Shown piece after piece: positions 53,635 through 64,000 of a stretch of DNA of 64,000 nucleotides (position 1 is its first letter; the number at the start of each line of letters is the position of its first letter). Made by a program: the position numbers and the translations under genes. The DNA is from Octopus sinensis (taxonomy: Eukaryota): contig NW_021832714.1 in assembly GCF_006345805.1 (NCBI RefSeq), positions 40,005 through 104,004 of the forward strand, read 5' to 3'. The notes below the pieces were generated by a model. It was not told the origin of the DNA. It was given only the letters and a program-made list of their open reading frames with translations, and did no database searches.

Positions 53635-54014
53635 CAGAAGAATTACAAAAACTGCAGCAGTAAATAAGACCGTCATCGTCAACACGACGACGACGAAAAC
53701 CACCACCACCACTACCACTACCACCACCACCACCACCACCACCACCACCACCACCACCACCACCACCAACGCCGCCGCCGCCACCTCCAGTAGCAGCAGC
53801 AGCTCACCCAACCACCCCTCCACCACCACCACCACCAACAGTAATTTCAATACAAGATTATGTATTGGTTTTTTACTAATCTTAAAATAACCATTTTTTG
53901 TATGCTGGCATCAATAGATAAATTATTGATAATGGTTGACAATTTCCATTAAGTTTAAAGATAATTCTCGACCATATATGTATATAGGTATATATATATA
54001 TATATGTATATATG

Positions 54015-54047
<33 letters not shown>

Positions 54048-54272
54048 ATATATGTATGTATGTATATATATATATGTGTGTGTGTGCCCTTATATGTATA
54101 TGTAAATATATACACAAATATATATATATATATTTGCATATAAATACACACGTTTATATGTATGCTTGTATGTATATAAATATGTATTTTGACATGAAAC
54201 ATAATAGCAATTATAAACGCTCTGGAATATATTTAGTTTAGTCACTCTCAATATATTCGGAAATGTAGAATA

Positions 54273-54314
<42 letters not shown>

Positions 54315-54375
54315 AATAATGATTTCTTTCAGTTCTTTTTATCAATAATGGTTTCGATATAATAATAATAATAAT

Positions 54376-54417
<42 letters not shown>

Positions 54418-54438
54418 TAATAATAATAATAATAATTA

Positions 54439-54471
<33 letters not shown>

Positions 54472-54634
54472 TAACACCAACAACAGCAACAAGGATATTA
54501 ATGACGATGATGAGGATGATATTAACAACGATAACAACAATAACACCACCATCACCACCTACATTAATAACCCACCACCGCCACCTACTACATTAATAAC
54601 ACCCCACCCCACCACCAATAATAATAATAATAAC

Positions 54635-54730
<96 letters not shown>

Positions 54731-54733
54731 TAA

Positions 54734-54811
<78 letters not shown>

Positions 54812-55375
54812 TAAAAAAAAATAATAATAATAATGATGATAATAATAATAATAATAATAATAATAGTAATAATAATAATAATAATAAAAATAATGATAAT
54901 AATTGTTATTTGAATGAATTAAAAATGAACGAATACAGGTTAAAAGTGTGTGTTTTGTAGTCAATTGCCGGGCAGTTAATAGAGCACAAAGGAGATTTAT
55001 TGTGATTGCCGCAATTCTGAGAGGAAGCCATAAAAAGAGGTGCATGGTTTTATACCTACCATCCTCCGCCTCTCCCAGCCAGGAACTCCCCTGTTCCAGC
55101 ATCAACATAAGCTGTGGTTCTCCAAGCGTTTTCCCCCCTTTCTACACTACTGCCAAGGTTTTATAATAATCTCTAATGAACGGGACGAGCACCGATGGTT
55201 CTTTTAACAAAGTTAAATGATTTTTATACCCGATAGGTTCAATATGTATATGGTGGTGGGAGAAGGGGAAGAGGAGGAGAGGGAGGAGGAGGTGTGGTGA
55301 TGGTGGTGGTGGCAGTATCGATAAAAAAAATGCTGTTCTCAGCTTGGTGCTTTGCAAGAACATAAAATGGATAAC

Positions 55376-55399
<24 letters not shown>

Positions 55400-55417
<18 letters not shown>

Positions 55418-56105
55418 GTGTATGTGTGTGTATGTATGTACGTATGTATGTCTCTCTCCCTCTCCCTTTCTCTCTCTCTCTATATATATAATGTATATAC
55501 ATATATACACACACATGCATACATACACAAATACATGTGTACACACACACACTCGCAGGCATAATATATATACTGTACATACATATACATATGCATACAT
55601 GCATACATACACAAAACACATGTGCATCACACAGACATACACATATATACATATATACACATATATACATAAGCATTTCCCTACATATATACCTGCATAA
55701 TACATACATACATACATGCATACAGCATGCAGGCACACACACACACACACACACACACCACACATACACGTGTGTATGTGTTGTATGTATGTACGTATGT
55801 ATGTCTCTCTCTCTCCCTCTCCCTTCTCTCTCTCTCTATATATATAATGTATATACATATATACACACACATGCATACATACACAAATACATGTGTACAC
55901 ACACACACTCGCAGGCATATATATATACTGTACATACATATACATATGCATACATGCATACATACACAAACACATGTGCATACACACAGACATACACATA
56001 TATACATATATACACATATATACATAAGCATTTCCCTACATATATACCTGCATAATACATACATACATACATGCATACACGCATGCAGGCACACACACAC
56101 ACACA
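55400..56105. repeat. Tandem duplication of a ~355-bp compound microsatellite block
   Basis: tacacgtgtg at 55411 and 55766; aagcatttccctacatatatacctgc occurs twice. Confidence 0.88.
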
Positions 56106-56315
56106 CACGACTAAATTAAGTATTGTAAGTATGGTTTTTAGTTAAATGTGTCGATAATGTCGATGGTGAGTTGTAACTTCGTTCATTCATTTCTCTCCAA
56201 TATATTTGTGTTCGATAATTTTGGGATCTGTATGAACAAAAGCCATCTTTCCTGCTTTCGCGACCTCCATATATTGTTTTCAAGGTTCAAAATTTTTTGG
56301 GGGAAGGAGGAGACC

Positions 56316-56830
56316 AGTCGGCTACATCGACTCCAGTACGCAACTGGTACTTAATTTATCGACCCCGAAAAGATGAAAGGCAAAGTCGACCTCGGCGGAA
56401 TTTGAACTCAGAACGTAAGACAGATGAAATACATATTTCTTTACTACCCACAAAGGGCTAAACACAGAGAGGACAAACAAGGACAGACAAACGGATTAAG
56501 TCGATTATATCGACCCCAGTGCGCAATTGGTACTTAATTTATCGACCCCGAAAGGATGAAAGGTAAAGTCGACCTCGGCGGAATTTGAACTCAGAACGTA
56601 AGACAGATGAAATACATATTCTTTACTACCCACAAGGGCTAAACACAAGAGGACAAACAAGGACAGACAAACGGATATAGTCGATTATATCGACCCCAGT
56701 GCGCAATTGGTACTTAATTTATCGACCCCGAAAGGATGAAAGGTAAAGTCGACCTCGGCGGAATTTGAACTCAGAACGTAACGGCAGACGAAATACGGCT
56801 AAGTATTTATTTCACTTGGCGTGCTAACCC
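56316..56830 (-). mobile_element. SINE family 1 multimer (about 3 tandem bodies)
   Basis: Core repeated at ~180-bp period. Confidence 0.88.
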
Positions 56831-56934
56831 GCTACCTTGCGATTTGCGACCTCCGTATATTAAAGGAAATACGCTCAAGTGTACACACGCACACACACAC
56901 ATATTACTGTAATGTGTTTTCTTTTTGCATGACA

Positions 56935-57224
56935 CTATTGCCCAAGGTTCCCGTGGTCTTTTCCGTAGGCTTTTCTATCCACGGACAAACCTAATATGTT
57001 TTCCCTTTTTACATTGACATTTCTGTGATACACGATCCCTATTGATCGGCCCCACTTTTCTTTTTTTTTTACGATCCCTTTTCATCGCAATTCCTCCCCT
57101 TTTTTCACGATTCCTTTTGATCGGTATTCGCTCCCCCTTTCCCCTCTTCTCTTCTTCCAAAAAAGAAAAGCTCTACTTTGTATTTTGTCCCTTCTGTGTT
57201 TAGCCCTGCGTGACCAATAAAGAA

Positions 57225-57227
<3 letters not shown>
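56935..57227 (+). mobile_element. Probable LINE 3' UTR sharing the SINE family 1 tail, next to (CTAT)n
   Basis: Pyrimidine-rich tract then gtcccttctgtgtttagccctgcgtgaccaataaagaaat, without the SINE core. Confidence 0.5.
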
Positions 57228-57271
<44 letters not shown>

Positions 57272-57330
57272 ATCTATCTATCTATCTATGTATCTATCTA
57301 CCTATCTATCTATCTATCTATCTATCTATC

Positions 57331-57386
<56 letters not shown>

Positions 57387-57424
57387 CTATCTATCTACCT
57401 ATATCTATCTATCTATCTATCTAC

Positions 57425-57491
<67 letters not shown>

Positions 57492-57606
57492 AGAGACTTG
57501 CCGGTATGGGCAACTGTTGGTCTTCTATAAAACATTCCCAGTCCTGGGCCTTGCGAGGTTTGCTTTTCAAGTGCAAATCTTGATGATACAAATGATGTGA
57601 TGGTGG

Positions 57607-57972
57607 CTTTTACTTGTTTCAGTCATTTCACTTCTGTTTTAGTCGAAGAAAATCGACACCAGGACTTACTTTTTAAACCCTAGTACTTATTATATCGGTG
57701 TTATTACCCAACCACTAAGTTACGAGGACGTAAACACACCAACAACTATTGCCAAGAGGTGGTGGTGGTAGTGGGGCAAACACGGACACAAAGACACACA
57801 CATACATAAGTGTGTGTGTGTGTGTGTGTGTCTACGATGGGCTTCTTTCAGTTTCCGCCTACCAAATCCATTCACAAGGCTTCGGTCGGCCTGAGGCTAT
57901 TGTAGAAGACACTTGCCCAAGTTTCCACGCTGTGGGACTGAACCAAGAACCATATGCATGGGATGCAAGCTT
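57607..57972 (-). mobile_element. SINE family 2
   Basis: Reverse complement of tail, core and head. Confidence 0.82.
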
Positions 57973-58060
57973 ATTGCGGTGTTAACGGTAATGATGTTGC
58001 TATGACGATAACGATCCTATGATGGACGTGCTTTTTGTGATGATGATGATGATGATGATG

Positions 58061-58092
<32 letters not shown>

Positions 58093-58248
58093 CTGGTGCA
58101 TATGGCGGTTTGTGTTGAACTCCTGGCTATTCTTATATTTAGGAATGGTTATTTTGCCAGTTTAGTCAATAAAAACACACGCACTATATATTTGGTGTTA
58201 CTTTGCTTCAGCGTTATTTACTTTTTACATTAATCTTAATCTTATTTC

Positions 58249-58293
58249 GGCCAGAGTTCTTTCGTCACACTTCTGTGACCTCATCAGTGGTCC
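58249..58293 (-). ncRNA. Compact type I hammerhead ribozyme
   Basis: GGACCA-CTGATGA-G-GTCACA-GAAG-TGTGAC-GAA-AG-AA-CT-C-TGGCC. Confidence 0.75.
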
Positions 58294-58855
58294 TTTGCTT
58301 TCTTCTTTCTTATTTGTATGTCTCTCCTTACTAACGGTCAGCCATTTTGTATTTTGTATTCCTATTATATGTGTCTTCATTTGCGCATGCGTATACCTCT
58401 ATGTATGTATGTTTATAGTGTGTGTGTGTGTGGCTATTCACTTTCAAACAAACGTATACTCAAAGACATTCCAACCGTAACCAACCCATCCTTTTTCAGA
58501 CATTGCTTATCTTAAGTCTGCACAAACCGATATGTCCACGCGTTTCTTAATATTTTGGGGCGTTATTTCATAGAAATTTGGCTTCTATTTTAGTAGATCG
58601 AATACAGTCTCTCACATTCTCTGTTGCGCAACATAGTTTTGTTGATGATGTTGCTTTGCCCCAGTGCAACTCCGATCGAATAAATATATGATCAAAGACA
58701 ATCCATTCAAGACCATCGCGTCGTTTCTAAGTATACTGGACTACATAATTCATTGTAGCTTTCCTTTGACGGTGATGTTAATGATGGTGATGATGGTGGT
58801 GGTGTTAGTGATGGTGATGGTAATGATAATGGTGATAGTAATGATAATGATTTAA

Positions 58856-59451
58856 GGCGGCGAGCTGGCAGAATCGTTAGCACGCCGGGCGAAATGCTTA
58901 GCGGTATTTCGTCTGCCGCTACGTTCTGAGTTTAAATTCTGCCGAGGTCGACTTTGCCTTTCATCCTTTCGGGGTCGATAAATTAAGTACCAGTTACGCA
59001 CTGGGATCGATGTAATCGACTTAATCCGTTTGTCTGTCCTTGTTTGTCCCCTCTGTGTTTAGTCCCTTGTGGGTAATAAAGAAATAGGTATTTCGTCTGC
59101 CGTTACGTTCTGAGTTCAAATTCCGCCGAGGTCGACTTTGCCTTTCATCCTTCCGGGGTCGATAAATTAAGTACCAGTTATGCACTGGGGTTGATATAAT
59201 CGACTTAATCCGTTTGTCTGTCCTTGTTTGTCCCCTCTATGTTTACTCCCTTGTGGGTAATAAAGAATAGGTATTTCGTCTGCCGTACGTTCTGAGTTCA
59301 AATTCATCGAGGTCGACTTTGCCTTTTTCTTTCGGGGTCGATAAATTAAGTACCAGTTACGCACTGGGGTCGATGTAATCGACTTAATCCCTTTGTCTGT
59401 CCTTGTTTGTCCCCTCTATGTTTAGCCCCTTGTGGGTAGTAAAGAAATAGG
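58856..59451 (+). mobile_element. SINE family 1 trimer
   Basis: One head followed by three core-plus-tail units joined at ggtatttcgtctgcc. Confidence 0.9.
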
Positions 59452-59650
59452 TAATGATAATGGTGGAGGCGATGGCGATGGTTGCGGCGATGGCGATGGT
59501 AGTTATGATGGTTGTAATGATGTTGGTGGCGGTGGTGGGGCTGGTGGTGTTGATGCTATTGATTAGCATTAATTTAATGTGCTTACACTGTTTATCTTGG
59601 CAAATGTCCATAATAAAAAAAAGCAAAACAGAGTAGGCTTATATCAACAA

Positions 59651-59696
<46 letters not shown>

Positions 59697-60640
59697 GCAC
59701 CACACACACACACATATACGCAGAAATACACAAATACACACACACGCACACACACACACACACACAAACACGCACACACCACGATGTTATTTACACAGGC
59801 GAGTGCATACACAACATCTACACTCATACACACAATCACTCAAGTTCACACTCCACGTACACACAGAACGACTCACCTCAAACACATACACACACACATA
59901 TATACTAATCTCTGCAACTTTATTGCCTCACCCCCACCCCACCCCTCCTTCCACAGTTTTTTACTACCGTCGCCACCTCCATCACCACCACCGCCGCCGC
60001 CACCTGAAGTGTCCACAAAGATTGATAAGTGTATTCAAGACAACAAAAGTCAATCAAAGCCACTTCATTATCTTTGATCACTTCGATCAACTAATTAATA
60101 AATTACAATATTTATCTCCATCAGAATCTGTCAGTAATAAGGAGTAGGAGTGAGAAAATTAATCCCCGCGATCGTCACCCTGCCCCCCCCCCACCTCTTC
60201 TGACCCTCCTCTGCAGCCTCTTGACCCCCACCCCACCCACCACTACTTCTTCTTCCAGCATTGTAGACGCTGTTGCTTTTATTTTACTCAAGTCAATCTT
60301 CAAGAAGTAGATCTATGGTCAAAGGCGTTTCGGCCATGACCATCCGGCATATTTTGTATTTGTGTCTTTCCTGTTGTTTAACCCTAGGTCAGCGCGGGCA
60401 CACTATAACAATGTTCAACAGCGTTCCAACCGTGACGCTGCTGTAGTTTTGTATATCTAGGACTACTAATGCGTCCCGCCATTTTAAAAATATAAGGGCG
60501 TGATTTGAGGGATATTTTGGTTGCTATATCGAACAGCCACATAAAGGCTCCCTGGCTGGTGGTACGGTAAGGTGGTACATACTTACTGAAATGAAAAACT
60601 TCCACTAAATAAAAATTATTCAAGCAATTAATAATAAATT

Positions 60641-60866
60641 TTTCTTTATTGCCCACAAGGGGCTAAACATAGAGGGACAACCAAGGACAGACAAGGGGAT
60701 TAAGTCGATTACATCGACACCAGAGCGTAAGTGGTACTTAATTTATCGACCCCGAAAGGATGAAAGGCAAAGTCGACCTCAGCGGAATTTGAACTCTGAA
60801 CGCAAAGACAGATGAAATACCGTTAAGCATTTTGCCCGGCGTGCTAACGTTTCTGCCAGCTCGCCA
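60641..60866 (-). mobile_element. SINE family 1
   Basis: Full reverse-complement copy. Confidence 0.9.
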
Positions 60867-60897
60867 CCCTCCCACACACACACACACACACACACAC

Positions 60898-60936
<39 letters not shown>

Positions 60937-61460
60937 ATGCACATATATGGCTAAGCAATTATTTTTACAGCTGGCTATCTTTTCTGCTGCTAAACTCCTC
61001 AAATATAAACTAGTTTTGGAACCTGTTTTCCTTTTTACTTTTATGCCAATCAGATTAACAGGAACAAGCAGATTTGTTTATATGATCTTGTCCTCCATTG
61101 AACCGGGAAAGTGGGGGTGGGGGTAAGGGAAAGGGGCAATGTCCAGGACTAACATGGAGGAAGTTTTCCTTAAACCAGAGATGGGTTCAGGTGACGGTTG
61201 TTTTAAAGGGGACATTCTTGTTGTTGTTGTTGTTGTTGTTGTTGTTCTTCTTCTTCTTCTTCTTCTTCTTCTTCTCCTTCTCTCTCTCCTTCTTCTTCTT
61301 CTTCTTCTCCTCCTCCTTCTTCTTCTTCTTCTTCTTCTTCTCCTTCTTCTCTTCTCCTTCTCTTTTCTTCTCTTCTTCTCTTCTTCTCTCCTTCTTCTTC
61401 TTCTTCTTCTTCTTCTTCTTCTTCTTCTTCTTCTTCTCCTCCTCCTCCTCCTCTTCCTCC

Positions 61461-61930
61461 TATATTTGGGATACCTTTGATTTTGTATCTAAAATCAACA
61501 ACTTTTTTTAAGCACCAAGTCCGTGTCGAGAACTGTCTTTTGGTAACCATAGATGTTTCTTCCTTATATCCCAATATTGACCACGATGAAGGGGTAGAAG
61601 CTTGCATGGATGCCTTCGAAAAGCGGTCAGCCAAAAGTATTCCATCAAATTTTCTCTGTAGATTATTGAGATTTGTGTTACAAAGTAACACAATGAAGTT
61701 TAAACAAAGATTTTACCACCAGACGAATGATTGCGCCATGGGTACCCCCGTGGCAGTTACTTTCGCCAATGTCTTCATGACGAAATTCGACTCAGTTACT
61801 AAAGACATTCGAACCCTTTTATGGTCATGAACCAATACTCTGTTTACGGTTCATTGATGACGTATTTTTTATCTGGGAGGATCACAAGGATAGTTTAATT
61901 GACTTCTTGCATTTCTGTGACTGTTATGCT
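61461..61930 (+). pseudogene. Second Penelope-like RT fragment (different family)
   Basis: YIWDTFDF, LVTIDVSSLYPNIDHDEG, FYHQTNDCAMGTPVAVTFANVFM, RFIDDVFFIW. Confidence 0.9.
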
Positions 61931-62154
61931 AAAGACATTTCGTTTCAAACGGTTGCAATTTTGAAAAAGACTTGAAAGTGCATTTTCTCAGAAAATATTC
62001 TGAATCTGCTTCACTTTCACTTCTTAGAATGCATGAGGGGAAATATGTTTGCGGGTTATTAGCATGAAAGCCCTGGAAGAATGAATAAAATGAAAGGAGA
62101 TTATCATCAAATTTATACAAAATTTGATGTGCCTAGAGTAGAAAAGAATATTGT

Positions 62155-62570
62155 GATCAGAAGGGAGTGTTATGTCTATCATAGCAAAGGATTTTTTTTA
62201 CCAGTCCTTCATTATTATGTCAGGGGGATCAGCTTTGATTTCTTTGTCAGTTTGTGGGATATGCCTGTTCGTTGTCACGTACCTTGTTTGGCACATCTTT
62301 ATACATTTCTTATTAGTTTCTACATTGTAGTATTGCCATATCGTCCAGTGGGTATAAACACTTACTCGGTTATGTCTCTATATTCAGTTTTGGCTAAGAC
62401 TGAACAGCCCGAGATGATGTGGTCGACTGTCTTAATGTGCTGGTTCCCCATTTTGCATTTGGTGTTTGGGCCTGTTTTCATTATTCTGCTTTTCTGGTTG
62501 TTTTTGCTTAGGCATTGGTCATGCGAAGTGAGAATCAGTCCTTCGGTTTCTGTTGTTCAAAGGCAGTAGA
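62155..62570 (-). pseudogene. R4/Dong-like RLE LINE fragment
   Basis: ETEGLILTSHDQCL, RHNRVSVYTHW, MIDITLPSDH. Confidence 0.7.
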
Positions 62571-62685
62571 TTGGAAAAATTGGTACAGGCAGAGTGTGTT
62601 ACAGTATGTCATTACATATCTGTGTTTCTAAGTTCAAATCCCATCGAAGATTAGTCCGTCGTTTCTATACATGCCACAGCTTATC

Positions 62686-63093
62686 TTTTATCTTTCACTT
62701 GTTTCAGTCATTAGACTGTGGTCATGCTGGAGTTCTTCCTTGGAGAGTTTTAATTTCAACGGATCGACCTAGTACTTATTTTTTTCTAAAGCCTCGTACT
62801 TATTCTATCAGTCTATTTTACCGAACCGTTAAATTACGAGAACGTAGGCACACCAACACCGGTTATCAAGCGGTGGTGCGGGACAGAAAGACAAACACTC
62901 ACAGACAGACAGACAAACAGACAGGCGGACACACACACACACACGACGGGCTTCATTCAGTTTCCGTGTTCCAAATCCACTTACGAGGATTTGGTTGACC
63001 CGAAGCTCTAGTGAAGACACTTGTCCAAGGAACCACGAAGTGGGACTGAAACCAGAACCCTGTGGCTGGGAAGCAAACTTCTTACAACAGCCA
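62686..63093 (-). mobile_element. SINE family 2
   Basis: Reverse complement of tail, core and head. Confidence 0.8.
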
Positions 63094-63759
63094 ATTTCTT
63101 AACAAGCACATATATTTTGTGTAATCCTATGAGTTCACATATGCCAGCGCTGTCACGTGATTCAACACTTGAACCCTACCAAACTCCTAAATTTAAAAAT
63201 TAGGGTCTTGTTAATATGCACGAATTTTAAGACATTTCAAAATATTCTACTGCAGTCAGTTTTTATATTTCTAAGCCAACAGCGTAGCAACGTCAAGTGG
63301 AGCGAAGGAAAAATGTCACCAATATCATAGCAACAGCCTCTCTTATGATTGTATTGAAAGCCTTCTGCATCTAACGACATGCTCGTGTCTTTTCCGTAAT
63401 AATACTCTTAACGATAAAGTCGTAAACTGGTCGCGATAATTCACGATAATTTAAAAGCGAACTATACAGATAAAACCTAAAAATCTTTGACCATTTTAAA
63501 AAGTTGAAAATCGATGTTGATCATCAACAGATATTATTTCGGCATTTTGTGAAAAAAGAAGCTAAATTAGAAGATGGAAGGCCCCCCACCCACGTGGTTG
63601 ATTTGATCCGGATAACACAGTACAGAAGGACTCGATTTTCAGCGATGTCGACTCCTCTTCCTAACATTCTTTCATATATTAGCCGCTTCGTCTTGCTCCT
63701 GAACTGTATTGGCGTCTGTATTTAAGGTGTTTAACTCCCACAAGATGAGTTCAGGATGA

Positions 63760-63866
63760 GTTCGGCGTCGATAAATTAAGTACCAGTTGCGTACTGGGGT
63801 TGATCTGATCGACTGGCCCCGTCATCAAATATTTCGAGCCTTGTGCCTAGAGTAGAAAAGAGTATT
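63760..63866 (+). mobile_element. SINE family 1 3' part (variant tail)
   Basis: gtcgataaattaagtaccagttgcgtactgggg..gccttgtgcctagagtagaaaag. Confidence 0.8.
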
Positions 63867-64000
63867 TTGATCAGAAGGGAGTGTTATGTCTATCATAAGT
63901 TTGAATGCTTGTAACGGAGTTAAGTTTTTTCGAGGCAAGTGGTGGTGTTAAACGGGGTGGCGTATTAGTACAAACACATATTGATTACTATAACTTAATA

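Noticed and set aside
54900-55240. Possible CRE-like LINE 3' end next to (TAA)n
   Set aside because: Protein similarity too weak to call without a search

Overview
AT-rich, microsatellite-saturated animal non-coding DNA with no recognisable host exon; the SINE/LINE repertoire resembles octopus or coleoid cephalopod DNA (inference, not checked). Almost all listed ORFs are microsatellite artefacts. Real coding remnants are retroelement and transposon fragments: RTE, CR1, R4/Dong-like RLE LINEs, two Penelope-like (PLE) RT/GIY-YIG fragments, hAT and mariner pieces, plus several SINE families and MITEs. The most notable signal is a dense, diverse set of type I hammerhead ribozymes (about 18 motifs from about 10 unrelated sequence families). 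They sit in short non-coding modules inserted into (TA)n tracts, often as asymmetric fold-back palindromes, and include one ~500-nt retrozyme-like direct-repeat unit. All ribozyme structures were folded by eye and activity is untested.
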